64,000 nucleotides of DNA from Candidatus Peregrinibacteria bacterium. GTDB taxonomy: Bacteria; Patescibacteriota; Gracilibacteria; UBA1369. The number at the start of each line of letters is the position of its first letter. Position 1 is the first letter of the stretch. The position numbers were made by a program, and so were the translations under genes. Below, one piece after another: positions 52,961 through 63,620 of the stretch. The notes beneath the pieces were generated by a model, which searched no databases, was not told the origin of the DNA, and worked only from the letters and a program-made list of their open reading frames with translations. The stretch covers positions 640,001 through 704,000 of the forward strand of contig OY970195.1 in the NCBI GenBank assembly GCA_963708185.1, in the 5' to 3' direction.

Positions 52961-53389
52961 ATGGACCAGCAGAAAACACCACAGGATAAGAAGAAACCGC
53001 AGGGAGCTTCCAAACTCCTTGCCTACGAAAACCAGGACATAAGTCCCGATACCCAAGCCATGCTCAACAAACCCACGGAGCATCCCAAAGAGCTTGATCC
53101 AAAAGATACCGAGTTCCTTACGATGTTGATGGACAAGATTGAAAAAGGGGAAATCGACCTTTATCGTCCCGATACGCTCGTCAACCATCCGGTGTACGAC
53201 AAGCTTGATGAAAATGCCAGAGGCAAGGCCGATTTTGACGCCCTGAATCTGCTCGGAACGATCCGCACCATTCGCAAACTCTGGCAGGCTGGCGACCGAA
53301 ACACCTATCAGATTGAAAACCTCACGCACCAGATCAGGCTGACCAAGGAACGTCTGGAAGAACTGGGCGGAGACATTTACATCATTTAG
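52961..53389 (+). CDS. Hypothetical protein
   Basis: 142-aa ORF with normal codon pattern. Confidence 0.8.
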   Translation: MDQQKTPQDKKKPQGASKLLAYENQDISPDTQAMLNKPTEHPKELDPKDTEFLTMLMDKIEKGEIDLYRPDTLVNHPVYDKLDENARGKADFDALNLLGTIRTIRKLWQAGDRNTYQIENLTHQIRLTKERLEELGGDIYII

Positions 53390-53396
53390 TTTTACC

Positions 53397-55091
53397 ATGG
53401 CGGGAGAACAGCCGAATCAGGCTCCACAATCAGCTCCTTCTGATGTCGAAAAACAGTTCGGCATCGATCAGATCCAAGATCAGGAAAAACGCGAAATCGT
53501 CAAAACGTATTTCGAGAAGACGCTCACTCCCGAACAACGCGAGAGTCTTGTTCATGAAAAATCGAAAACCGAACTTTCCAAATTGAAACAGGAAATCCAG
53601 TCGCTCAATGAACGCCACGCGACGGCCGAAGAGTTCGTCCAGCAGATTATCAGCACGATGCAGAAAAATGTGCTCGAGCGCGACATGACCGAGGGGTACC
53701 TCGACGTCAACGGCGAAGAGCCGAGTTACGTCGACTACTTTTTGTCTCTGACGGGAACGAGTGATAATTTCTGCCCGCCGGGCATGGAAAAGTACAAGGG
53801 TAAAGGGTTCTCCATGGACTGGGACGATTATCAGACCGGAGAATACTGCGTCAACAAAGTTAAGTCTGTCATCAGGTCCGTTCCCGCAAACGTCAAACGC
53901 GAGATCCGCCACCAGTTCGCCAAAGATTTTATCGTAGCCTATTCCGCAGCCATCGACAGCTTTGACGCGCCTTTTGAAAATTTCGACATGGGAGAAGTTA
54001 CCGATCCGGAACAAAAATTGATAAAAGAGCAGCCTTACGTGATGAGTTTCAATGCATGGATTGCCCAGAAAGGGATGAAGCTCGAAGATGTGACGTACCA
54101 GTACAGCAAGCTTGATACCAAGGCTATTCTGGACACCAAATCCCGTCTTGAAACCGATAAAAACAGCCTTTCGGCCTTCCCGAAATCACAGCAGGAATAC
54201 TATTCGCAACAGTTGAAGAACATCGAAGGGTTCGCTCTCAACAATCCTTCTCAGGCACAGGAACAATTGGGAACCCTGGAAAAGGAAATGGCTTCCTATA
54301 AAACTTTTTTGGCATTTTCCGAAAACATCAAGGGGCTCCGCGATTCATATAACGAAAAGAAAGGAAAATATTCCGATTTTGACACGAAATTCGACGGGCA
54401 GATCAACGATCTCCAGAAAAAATACGATGATCTTACAAAACAGCTCGAAGCTGAAAAAGACCCTCAAAAACGCCTCGTTCTTATGGATAACATCAGCAAT
54501 CTTACCAAGGCCAGGGACGAGATCGATTTTAACATGACCAAGGCTTCCGAAGATCTTGAAAAAAAGAAAGAAGAGGCTCAAAAAACCGCAGACGAAACGG
54601 CTGCTGCCAATCCGGAAAACGCCGAAGAAGAAGATAAGCCCGGTTTTCTGGACAGCGCGGTGCTCGGCGATTCAAAACTGGCGAAGATCGTCGTGGATAT
54701 GGCCAAAAACGTTCCGCTCATCGGAGGATTTATTTTGAGCGCGTTCCTGGCGCCGAGCACGCTGAAGAAACTTGGCATCAACGCCCCGACCGGACTCGGC
54801 GATTTCCTGAAAGCCAACGGCACGCCGAAAACTCCCGAACAGTTGAAAGAAACCGAAACGAAAGCAAAAAAACTCCTGAAGGAACAGTTCAAGATCGAAA
54901 AAGTTGAAGAACTGGATGCCCTCTCAAAAATGGAGGTCAAAGATTTCCTCAAGAAAAAGCCCGATGATTTTGACCAGGAACGCTATGACAAATTTGTGAC
55001 CGCCCTCAAAAAGAACGGGGCAAACGATTCGACCGACAAGAAGGTATTTGAGTATGTTCTGAGCAAAATCGATGACTGGAAATCCTCGTAA
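53397..55091 (+). CDS. Hypothetical coiled-coil protein with C-proximal hydrophobic segment
   Basis: 564-aa K/E/Q-rich ORF; VPLIGGFILSAFLA segment. Confidence 0.85.
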   Translation: MAGEQPNQAPQSAPSDVEKQFGIDQIQDQEKREIVKTYFEKTLTPEQRESLVHEKSKTELSKLKQEIQSLNERHATAEEFVQQIISTMQKNVLERDMTEGYLDVNGEEPSYVDYFLSLTGTSDNFCPPGMEKYKGKGFSMDWDDYQTGEYCVNKVKSVIRSVPANVKREIRHQFAKDFIVAYSAAIDSFDAPFENFDMGEVTDPEQKLIKEQPYVMSFNAWIAQKGMKLEDVTYQYSKLDTKAILDTKSRLETDKNSLSAFPKSQQEYYSQQLKNIEGFALNNPSQAQEQLGTLEKEMASYKTFLAFSENIKGLRDSYNEKKGKYSDFDTKFDGQINDLQKKYDDLTKQLEAEKDPQKRLVLMDNISNLTKARDEIDFNMTKASEDLEKKKEEAQKTADETAAANPENAEEEDKPGFLDSAVLGDSKLAKIVVDMAKNVPLIGGFILSAFLAPSTLKKLGINAPTGLGDFLKANGTPKTPEQLKETETKAKKLLKEQFKIEKVEELDALSKMEVKDFLKKKPDDFDQERYDKFVTALKKNGANDSTDKKVFEYVLSKIDDWKSS

Positions 55092-55163
55092 TCTCCTTTC
55101 CGCCCGGTTTGCGCAAATCGACGGAATGCGGTATAATTATATAAGATCCATAAGCCGAAAACC

Positions 55164-55793
55164 ATGGCTGATGACATCAAAATTAGCGGCATGAACAATC
55201 CCCAAACTCAAGGTGGACAAAATTCGGGCGCTCAGCAACCGGCCGGCGACAAACTGAAACCGGTTATTGACCTGCGTGACGCCGACAAAAAAGCCACACC
55301 GACTCCGGGAAGCTCGACTCCGGCAGCCGCTCAACCGGCCGCTGCGGCAAGTGCCCAGGGCGTTCCTTCCGCAAAACGAACCAACGCGATCCTGCTCTCC
55401 GAAGACGAAGAATCGATGCAGGCGCCGGTCCAGGAAAAATATTCCATCCCGGCACTGGTGAAGGAAAAATTTCCCGACCTTATCCAGCTCATCAAGGAGA
55501 CCGAGTCGATGAACGACGAGGAACGCGACTACTGGTTCCAGATTCTCCCGATCATGACCGAGGAACAGATCAAAAAATTCCGCGACATTCTGGTGAACGA
55601 AAAAGAACAGCTTTCCAATCTTGACCAGGATTACGAAAACGAGCTGACGAAACTCAATGAGAAACACATGATCGAATGGAAAGAGTTCGAATCGAAGGAA
55701 AAACGCAAGACGCTCACGGCTGCAGAAAAAGTTTCGCAACAGAAGGAACAGAGCGAAGAGGAGGCTTTGCTGAAACGCCTGAGCCAGGTCTAG
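55164..55793 (+). CDS. Conserved hypothetical helical protein (paralog of 39307)
   Basis: Disordered N-terminus plus LI..TESM.DEER.YW...LP.M..EQI domain. Confidence 0.85.
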   Translation: MADDIKISGMNNPQTQGGQNSGAQQPAGDKLKPVIDLRDADKKATPTPGSSTPAAAQPAAAASAQGVPSAKRTNAILLSEDEESMQAPVQEKYSIPALVKEKFPDLIQLIKETESMNDEERDYWFQILPIMTEEQIKKFRDILVNEKEQLSNLDQDYENELTKLNEKHMIEWKEFESKEKRKTLTAAEKVSQQKEQSEEEALLKRLSQV

Positions 55794-55821
55794 TCTTCAA
55801 TCCGTATGGAAACCGTGCGGT

Positions 55822-56706
55822 CTAGTTGCCGCTCCCCGTCGGTCTGGCAAAGACGATGAGGCGTTTTAAGTTTGTGCCGACCGGGGTACAGGTAATGAGC
55901 GTGAGCCGGTTTTCTCCCGCCTGCGCCAACACGTCGACCTGGTCGGGAGTGACGACTTCCGTTTTGTAGACCTGATAATAGTATTTTTTCTGATTGTGGT
56001 AGACGATGACGGTATCGCCGATGACGACTTCGTGCAGTAAGGCGAAAACGTCCTTGAATCTTCCGGGATCCCAGCTGAAATATGAACTGTGTCCGGTGAT
56101 GACGACATTGCCGTTATCTCCCGGTTCTGCCGTTCCCGGATAGTGGACGACTCCGTCCTGGAGCGCCTGCTGGATGTCTTTTTCCAGGGCACCCCAATCG
56201 CGCTTGATGAGGTTTTCGGTGCTTACTTTCACGATGGGAACGTTTCTGTTGATGCGGGGAATGATGACGCGGTCGTCTGGCGGAGCCACCTCAAGATTCA
56301 GATATGGAATCTGTTTTTTGCTTTGATCCGATGTCGCTGTGATCGGCAGCGGTTGCTGGGTCACTCCCGCGGGATGGGTCAGGTTCTGGACTACGGGATT
56401 GGCTTGGATCGTCCCGCGAAGCTGGTTGAGTTTGTCCACGAACAGCGTGCTGTAGGCGTTGTAGTTGATGATGAAAAACAGTACCATAAAAATGAGCGCC
56501 GAGGTCGCCAGCCATTCCAGTGTGTTCCAGATTTTCGTACCGACGGAAACGCCGGTCGTTTTTTTCTGGAGCGGAGCAGGCTCTTCCTTGGTACTTTTCT
56601 TTTGGGCGAAAGCAGGGAGTTTCCCATTGTTTTTGAGCACTTCATTGGCGCCATGAGGAACAGCGACGTTCAACCGGAAAGCTTCGTCCTGCTGTTGTTT
56701 CGTCAC
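55822..56706 (-). CDS. Sortase (class E/D-like); N-terminus possibly extends to 56825 across a frameshift
   Basis: TM anchor; HYPGTAEPG.NGNVVITGHSS, LTLITCTP.GT..KR catalytic H/C/R. Confidence 0.93.
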   Translation of the reverse strand: MTKQQQDEAFRLNVAVPHGANEVLKNNGKLPAFAQKKSTKEEPAPLQKKTTGVSVGTKIWNTLEWLATSALIFMVLFFIINYNAYSTLFVDKLNQLRGTIQANPVVQNLTHPAGVTQQPLPITATSDQSKKQIPYLNLEVAPPDDRVIIPRINRNVPIVKVSTENLIKRDWGALEKDIQQALQDGVVHYPGTAEPGDNGNVVITGHSSYFSWDPGRFKDVFALLHEVVIGDTVIVYHNQKKYYYQVYKTEVVTPDQVDVLAQAGENRLTLITCTPVGTNLKRLIVFARPTGSGN

Positions 56707-56885
56707 TTTCAGGAGCGGGTCGGGTCGCTGGACCTGCTCTGGACCGGGTCGGCTGACGCCGCATTGATGGCGACCTCTTTGGTGCGCTGCGGACCCTTTT
56801 TCTTCGGTGTTTTTTTAGGAGGCATCTGGTGTTTTGAGCTTTCTTTCACTTCATTATAGCCTATATAAGCCCGTGAAACAACGTT

Positions 56886-58025
56886 TTACCGATCAATGAT
56901 TCCGCCTCCGGCAATTTTTTCGCCATCGTAAAAAACGATAGATTGCCCCGGGGTCACGGCACGCAGCGCAAGGTCAAAATCCACGTCAACAACGCCGCTC
57001 CTGCGCAGTACGGGGCGAATCTTTACCGGCTGGAGCAGCGAACGGTATCTAATCCGGGCGGTGTAGTTTCGTTCACCATCGGGATTTACGCCCTCAATGA
57101 AATTCAGAGAGTGCGCTCTGCATTTTTTGACCAATAGATCCTTGGCTTTCCCCACAATGAGGGCGTTCTTTTTTTTATCGAGCTTCACCACGTACCATGG
57201 ATTTCCTTCCTGATCGGGCATACCCTTGATGCCGCCGATTTCCAGACCTTTGCGCTGACCGATGGTGTAGATGGGAAGCCCTTTATGGGTTCCGATGATC
57301 TTGCCTTCGGCGGTCATGATTGGGCCGGGTTCAAATTTCTTATTTTCAAGATATCGCTTGAGGAAAGGGCCATGGTTTCCTTCGGGAAAAAAGCAGAGAT
57401 TCTGGCTTTCCTTTTGTTCGTTCACCTCCGGAATGCCGTACTTTTTTGCCATGGCCCGCACTTCGGTTTTGGTGAAATCTCCGAGAGGGAAAAGAATATG
57501 TTTCAGTTTCTCCTGGGTCAGCACGTAGAGGAAATAACTCTGATCCTTGGTCTTGTCTTTGGCCGTCCAGAGTTCATAGCGTTCGCCGGATTTCTCTTTC
57601 ACGGTCACTTTTCTGGCATAGTGGCCGGTGGCAACGTAATCCGCGCCGAGTTCCTTCATTTTCTGGAGAAAAAGTCCGAATTTCACGTTGCGGTTACATT
57701 CGACGCAGGGGTTCGGTGTCAGGCCTTTGCCGTATTCCTCAACGAAAAAATCGACGACTTCATGCTTGAAAGCCTCCTCGAAGTTCAACACGTAAAAAGG
57801 AATACCGATCTTCGCCGCCAGCTGGCGGGTCCTGGTCAGGCCTTCCAGGGTGCAGCATTTGTTTTGAGGGAATTTGAGACTGTCTTCTTCGCTAAAAACC
57901 GTCGGATCGGTCCAGAATTTCAAGTGAATCCCTATGACGTCGTACCCCTGTTCTTTCAGGAGACAGGCCGTGACCGATGAGTCCACGCCTCCTGACATTC
58001 CCACTAAAACTTTCTTCTTGGTCAT
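56886..58025 (-). CDS. mnmA: tRNA 2-thiouridylase MnmA
   Basis: GMSGGVDSS, TPNPC..CN..KF, ATGHY, KDQSYFL, TIGQRKGL, TPGQ. Confidence 0.98.
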   Translation of the reverse strand: MTKKKVLVGMSGGVDSSVTACLLKEQGYDVIGIHLKFWTDPTVFSEEDSLKFPQNKCCTLEGLTRTRQLAAKIGIPFYVLNFEEAFKHEVVDFFVEEYGKGLTPNPCVECNRNVKFGLFLQKMKELGADYVATGHYARKVTVKEKSGERYELWTAKDKTKDQSYFLYVLTQEKLKHILFPLGDFTKTEVRAMAKKYGIPEVNEQKESQNLCFFPEGNHGPFLKRYLENKKFEPGPIMTAEGKIIGTHKGLPIYTIGQRKGLEIGGIKGMPDQEGNPWYVVKLDKKKNALIVGKAKDLLVKKCRAHSLNFIEGVNPDGERNYTARIRYRSLLQPVKIRPVLRRSGVVDVDFDLALRAVTPGQSIVFYDGEKIAGGGIIDR

Positions 58026-58107
58026 CGTTCTGCCAAAAAAATTGACTTTGCTATGTTTTTATGCCATACTTCACGCACTCTCGCAAGGGGTATTTTAGGG
58101 AAAGCTT

Positions 58108-60498
58108 ATGGAACAGAAACAAGCTCTCATTACCGCCCTCCGCAACGACTATGGACTCGACATTGACGCGATGGTCCATGACGTGGAGCGATACGCTCCA
58201 CATTTTAACGAAAAAAAATTCCGCGAAGCCTTCTATTTTGCCGCACGTGCCCATGAGGGCCAGTTCCGCAAAGAAAACAAGCCTTACATCGTCCATCCCG
58301 TCGAAACGGTCAGGATTTTAATTTCACTTCACGCCGACGAGGACACGGTCATTGCGGCGTTCATGCACGACGTTCCCGAAGACACTCCCCACACCATTGA
58401 TGAGATTGAAAAGAAGTTCGGCAAAAAAATCGCTTTTCTCGTCAACGGGGTGACCAAACTCGCCAAGGTCCATTACCGCAACGACATGGCGACGCGCCAG
58501 GTCGAATCGCTCAAAAAACTTTTCATCTATACGGCGGAGGATCCCCGCATTATTTTGATCAAACTCGCGGACAGGCTTCATAACATGCGAACGCTCCAGT
58601 ACATCGACAAGCCCGAAAAACGCATGCGCATCGCCCGCGAGACTCTTGAAATTTTCGTGCCGGTGGCCAACCTGCTCGGCATCGAAGAACTGAAATCCGA
58701 GCTTGAGGATCTGTGCTTCCGCTATTTGATGCCGGACGAGTATGAAAGCATTTACGACCGCATGCAACGAAGCCGGGAGAAGAACAAAAAAGTCATGGAC
58801 GAAACGCTCGACCTCGTGCATCGTGAACTTGAAAAGGCTCACGTCAAAGCCGTACTTTACGGTCGCCAGAAAAATCTCTACGGCATTTACAAAAAAATCG
58901 TTTCCCAGGGAAAGCGCATGGACGAATTTGATGATTTCATCGCTTTGCGCATTCTGGTGTCGGAACGCGAGGACTGTTACAAGGTCCTCGGCATCCTGCA
59001 TACTCTTTTCAAACCAAAACCGGGTAAATTCAAGGATTACATCGCCGTTCCGAAAGTGAACGGTTACCAGAGTCTCCACACCACCGTGTTCGGTTTGAAG
59101 GGTGTTATCACAGAATTCCAGATCCGCACCCATCAAATGCATCTTGAAGCGGAATACGGAACTGCCGCCAGATATTTTGAACAGCAGGGAAAGAATACCG
59201 AAACCGACGACCGGCGATCGGGGTGGATGGAGAAGATCCGCGACATGGAAAAATCGCAGCGTCCGCAGGATTCTTTCATCGACACGCTCAAGGGAGATAT
59301 TCTCCACGATAGAATTTTCGTCTTCACTCCGCGAGGCGAACCGATTGATCTTCCCCAGGACGCCACGTGCGTTGATTTCGCCTATGCCATCCATACCCAG
59401 GTCGGGCACCGGGCGCTGAAGGCCGATGTCAACGGAGAAATCGTCCCCATTACCAGCACGCTCAATACCGGAGACACCGTCCGCATCATCACTTCGGACC
59501 GCCAGAAAGGTCCGAATCGCGAATGGCTTTTCTTCGCCAAGACCAACAGCGCAAAAAACAAGATCCGCGAATATTTCCAGAAAGAGTCCAAGGAATCAAA
59601 AATCCAGCTTGGCCGGCAGCTTCTCCAGAAAGAGTACGACCGAGCGGGTCTCGGAATCGTGCGTCCGATTCCCCAGAAGAAAATCGATGATTTTGCCAAA
59701 AAATTCACTGAACTCCGTCTGAAAAATTTTGACGACGTGTTGACGTCGATCGGTGAGGGGGCGCTGAGCACTCTCGACCTGATGCACCTGCTTTTCCCCG
59801 TGCGGGACGCCATCAACGGTTCCCAGCATTCCGTGCTGGAATTTCTGCGATTAAAGCCCCAGATGCAAAAAACCCACGTCAACGTCAAAGTCAGTTTTAA
59901 CCAGGATCACCCGGGCCAGCTGCAGAGTCTTCTCAACATCATTTCCAAATTCAACATCAACATTTTAAAAACTGAGGGTTATCTTTCGCTTTTCCGCCGG
60001 GTGTTTTTGTGTAAATTCGTGCTGGAAATTGAAAATTTCCAGCAGCTTTCGGAGCTTTTTGAAAATTTTGAACACGTCCCGGGCGTCCAGCACGTCGAAA
60101 GACAGTTCTGGAAGCGGAAGCTGTCGTTCCTTTTGGTGAGCATGCTCAGCTTTTCGGTGTGGGTCGTCCATCCGTTCATCATGAACCTTGCCAAAAGCGA
60201 ACTGATCCTGAACCCCAACGCCCTGCTCCCAACGCTTTTCCAGTACTTCAGCTTTTTGATGCTCTTCCTCGGAGTTTTTCTCCTGAAGTCGCTCAGCCGG
60301 CGCAGTTTCCCTGAACTTCGCGAAACGACCGCCTACTGGATCATGTCGTTTCTCTTAACGGCCTTCTCGACCGTCACCTTTTTCGGCGAAATTTATTTTC
60401 TGAAGTTAAGTTTCAACTGGGTGTTCATTTTCGGTATGATACTGTTGATCGTGGCCTATCAGATCGCGGAATACATTTACGCGAATGATCGAAGCTGA
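58108..60498 (+). CDS. Long RelA/SpoT homolog with C-terminal transmembrane domain
   Basis: HD (MHDVPED, KLADRLHNMRT), synthetase (KDYI..PK.NGYQSLHT, EFQIRT), TGS, ACT-like, then ~4 hydrophobic helices. Confidence 0.93.
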   Translation: MEQKQALITALRNDYGLDIDAMVHDVERYAPHFNEKKFREAFYFAARAHEGQFRKENKPYIVHPVETVRILISLHADEDTVIAAFMHDVPEDTPHTIDEIEKKFGKKIAFLVNGVTKLAKVHYRNDMATRQVESLKKLFIYTAEDPRIILIKLADRLHNMRTLQYIDKPEKRMRIARETLEIFVPVANLLGIEELKSELEDLCFRYLMPDEYESIYDRMQRSREKNKKVMDETLDLVHRELEKAHVKAVLYGRQKNLYGIYKKIVSQGKRMDEFDDFIALRILVSEREDCYKVLGILHTLFKPKPGKFKDYIAVPKVNGYQSLHTTVFGLKGVITEFQIRTHQMHLEAEYGTAARYFEQQGKNTETDDRRSGWMEKIRDMEKSQRPQDSFIDTLKGDILHDRIFVFTPRGEPIDLPQDATCVDFAYAIHTQVGHRALKADVNGEIVPITSTLNTGDTVRIITSDRQKGPNREWLFFAKTNSAKNKIREYFQKESKESKIQLGRQLLQKEYDRAGLGIVRPIPQKKIDDFAKKFTELRLKNFDDVLTSIGEGALSTLDLMHLLFPVRDAINGSQHSVLEFLRLKPQMQKTHVNVKVSFNQDHPGQLQSLLNIISKFNINILKTEGYLSLFRRVFLCKFVLEIENFQQLSELFENFEHVPGVQHVERQFWKRKLSFLLVSMLSFSVWVVHPFIMNLAKSELILNPNALLPTLFQYFSFLMLFLGVFLLKSLSRRSFPELRETTAYWIMSFLLTAFSTVTFFGEIYFLKLSFNWVFIFGMILLIVAYQIAEYIYANDRS

Positions 60499-60527
60499 TA
60501 CTCCCGTCTTATCCTTAAACTCCTGTC

Positions 60528-61520
60528 ATGATTCGGACTTCCAAGCTGTCGGGTTATAGCGCCGGACTTCTCGCTTCTTTTTTCTGGGGAATCCATTCCG
60601 TCATCATCCGGTCGCTTACCGAACAAGGCATCAGCCCTTACCTCATCGCGGGTCTTAGGTTATACATCGGGACCATCACCCTGTTTCTCATCATTGCCCT
60701 GCAGAGGATTTTTACCTTTAAGAAAGCACGCCAAGAAAAGGTAAAATTCAAGTTCAACCAATTCTTCTGGATCGCGGCGATAAGCCTTGGCATTAATTTC
60801 CTTTTTTTCCAGAGCGGACTTGAGTATACCCTGGCTTCGGACGCGAACCTCATCCAGAATTTCTCCCCGGTCGCGGTGCTCATCATCAGCACGATCTTTT
60901 TAACGCATCGCATTAAAGAGATCGCGCCGAACAAGGTTTTCTGGACCAAAGTCTTCCAGATCGTGCTTGTCGGTTCGATCGGCGCTTCGCTGGTTCTCGT
61001 CAATGATTCCAACAACAAGATCGTGAGCGACGACCTGAAGTTTCTCGGTGATTTCCTCGAATTCGCGGGAATGATCTTCTTCTCCATTTTCGTCATTTGC
61101 AGCAGCGAATATTCAAAACTCGAAAAGAAAATTCCAAGTCTCTACGTGACGATGGTAACGTTGGCGGTTGCCGCCATCCCCGTCACCCTCTTCGTTCCTT
61201 TTGGTGACCTCGTGAAACTCACGGCCGAACAGTGGGGCCTGATTATTTTCATCGGTGTCTTTTCCACCGGCGTAGCGTACTGGCTCTGGCACGTCGCCTC
61301 CAAGCGTCTGAACGTCATTCCTCTCACCCTGAACCTTGTCTATATCGGAATTATCACGGTTTTGAGCGAGGTTCTTTTCCTGCATATTGCCCTGGACTGG
61401 AAATTTGTTTTTGGAGGTATCTTAATGATCATCGCTTCAGTTGCGGCCGAAATCATCAATCTGAAAGCCAAAAACTACCGCCGGCAGCGCATCGACGGAG
61501 AGCTGGGACCGTTGTCCTGA
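60528..61520 (+). CDS. DMT/EamA transporter
   Basis: ~10 TM in two EamA repeats (FWG, LR, GLEYT.AS.A, STGVAYWLW). Confidence 0.92.
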   Translation: MIRTSKLSGYSAGLLASFFWGIHSVIIRSLTEQGISPYLIAGLRLYIGTITLFLIIALQRIFTFKKARQEKVKFKFNQFFWIAAISLGINFLFFQSGLEYTLASDANLIQNFSPVAVLIISTIFLTHRIKEIAPNKVFWTKVFQIVLVGSIGASLVLVNDSNNKIVSDDLKFLGDFLEFAGMIFFSIFVICSSEYSKLEKKIPSLYVTMVTLAVAAIPVTLFVPFGDLVKLTAEQWGLIIFIGVFSTGVAYWLWHVASKRLNVIPLTLNLVYIGIITVLSEVLFLHIALDWKFVFGGILMIIASVAAEIINLKAKNYRRQRIDGELGPLS

Positions 61521-61648
61521 ATTTCCTCTCTTTTCACCCTATTGTCACAAGTGGACGTTTCATTTGATACATGCTAATTTGTAGATAACAGTTAGCTTGA
61601 CAAAAATTAAATTTATCATTAGAGTTTGCTACCCGGTGTTATATAATA

Positions 61649-63604
61649 ATGAGCTCTTACCGACAAACTATGGGAGTTGAAGTGTCACAACCAGATTCTC
61701 AAGGTGAAACAACAATCCCGCGTTCCGCGAAATTGACGGCAACGTCTCCGAAAATTTTAAGAATGCCCGAAGGGAGGAAGGATCTGCAAAAACTTGTCAG
61801 GAAAAGTAACCCTGAAAGGGTGAAAAAGACGGTTACCAGAAATGTTGAAGGCAGGAGAAGGTCCACCCACGGCATGGTTCAGGAATGCATGCCCAAAGAG
61901 TTGTTTTTGGGAGGGAGAGTCCGTGTGGGAACATCCTCGGTCAGTTTTGCCATACCCAATAAACCGAGCACGCTCAGTAGCGCAACAAGCACGCCAATTC
62001 CCGGAAGCGGAACCATGGAGGGAGGAAGCGGACAAGGAGGAGGGAACGGCGGCGACGGCAATGGGAAGAAGAAAAAACCGTCGGGAGAACATCCGGCCGT
62101 GACCGAAGACCTTGAAGGAAAACTTTTACCGAGCCCCGATGTCGAGGAAGCCAAACAGCTCCTCGCAAAAAACCATAATATTTTCGTCGAAGCGGTCCAT
62201 TTACATCCGACCACGGACAACCAGCAGGAATACCGCAAAAGACTTTTTAATAAACCAGAGTTCCTGCAGACGATCCATGAACTCCAACAGCGCCGAGATC
62301 TGAAAGACGTGGAGACGCTGGATTCGGCTGAACGGGTCAGAAAATACTATGAACTCCAGGCAGCCGCCGACGCTTATAAAGCCGGCGACATTCCCGAAGA
62401 AAATCTCGGAGCGATGTTCGGTCTTGAAGGTGATGATCTCATGGACCTTTTCTGCTCGCTCGAAGGCGACGATATCGTGAGAAAGAAAAGCGCCGAGTTT
62501 GCCATCGGCAACGGAGAGATCAGCCGTACACTGCGCGACGCCGTCAACAAATACATCGGCCTTGCCTACATGCGCTACGGAGCTCCGGAAAAAGGCGCCA
62601 TCCCACGACGCATCTGGAACGCCATGTACACCAACGGTTTTGCAGCTGCCAAAGGTCCGCGCAGCATGGATCCAAACATCACCGGCATTGATTTCGTGGG
62701 CAAATTCGTCGACAAGGCCAGCAAGAAACTCATCAACGGCATTCAGGCCGACATCTGTTCCCCTCCCGAAGACTTTTTCGAAAAAATGTGGAAGGCCGAA
62801 TACGGCCTGGAACCGAACTCCCTTGATTTCATTTTCATGAACCTGGCGCTCGACCGCCTCAGCGACATCCACGCCACGCTCAAAATCATGAAACTCCTGG
62901 CTAAAACTGACGGATCCACCCAGTTCATGTTCGGATTTTACGCCCCGTTTTCCCCGGAAACGATCAGTTTCTCCAAGAACGACAACATTCCCGAATTCGA
63001 CTGTTTCGATCCCGCCAACGATTTCCGCAGCCGATGGATGAACCGCGACCGCGCCGAAACGATCTACCAGATCGTCCGAGATTTGAATATGATGTATGGC
63101 TTCAACACCAAACGCATCGCCGAACATGAATACGAGGTGTACAGCGCCCACTGCATCGCGGAACCCGCCGGCGTGCTGCGCAAAGACCCCAAGTACGCAT
63201 TTCTCCGCACTTACGATTTCCGCGACAGCGAGCTCAACGAACGCCGCGACGCGGTGTTCAGCGGAAAGATTGCCGACGAAGACATGGTCGGATTCCCGGA
63301 ACGAGAAAACATCATCCTCATCGCCGGCAACATTACGCTTCCCGAAGAAGGCAGCGTCTACGGCAACATCGAGGTCACGGATAAAAAACGAGGACAGGGA
63401 CAGCGTTTGATCATTGAGGATCCCAAAGATCCAAAATACGCCTTCTTGCGCGACTTTAACTTCGGCAAAAAGAGACTGAACAATCTGAGAGACCAGATTT
63501 TCGAAGGTAACCAGCCAGGCCGCATTCCTTACCGCCAACGGATGAAAGCGCAAATGGCCGCTCAACGGAAAGCATACCTGAAAAACCTCAAAAAGACCGC
63601 CTAG
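61649..63604 (+). CDS. Hypothetical protein, possible degenerate SAM-methyltransferase-like domain
   Basis: 651-aa ORF; GIDF...QADI...PNSLDFIFMNLALD...L..MK.L.K.DG weakly resembles a class I MTase core. Confidence 0.7.
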   Translation: MSSYRQTMGVEVSQPDSQGETTIPRSAKLTATSPKILRMPEGRKDLQKLVRKSNPERVKKTVTRNVEGRRRSTHGMVQECMPKELFLGGRVRVGTSSVSFAIPNKPSTLSSATSTPIPGSGTMEGGSGQGGGNGGDGNGKKKKPSGEHPAVTEDLEGKLLPSPDVEEAKQLLAKNHNIFVEAVHLHPTTDNQQEYRKRLFNKPEFLQTIHELQQRRDLKDVETLDSAERVRKYYELQAAADAYKAGDIPEENLGAMFGLEGDDLMDLFCSLEGDDIVRKKSAEFAIGNGEISRTLRDAVNKYIGLAYMRYGAPEKGAIPRRIWNAMYTNGFAAAKGPRSMDPNITGIDFVGKFVDKASKKLINGIQADICSPPEDFFEKMWKAEYGLEPNSLDFIFMNLALDRLSDIHATLKIMKLLAKTDGSTQFMFGFYAPFSPETISFSKNDNIPEFDCFDPANDFRSRWMNRDRAETIYQIVRDLNMMYGFNTKRIAEHEYEVYSAHCIAEPAGVLRKDPKYAFLRTYDFRDSELNERRDAVFSGKIADEDMVGFPERENIILIAGNITLPEEGSVYGNIEVTDKKRGQGQRLIIEDPKDPKYAFLRDFNFGKKRLNNLRDQIFEGNQPGRIPYRQRMKAQMAAQRKAYLKNLKKTA

Positions 63605-63620
63605 CGAGAAGGCATTTATT

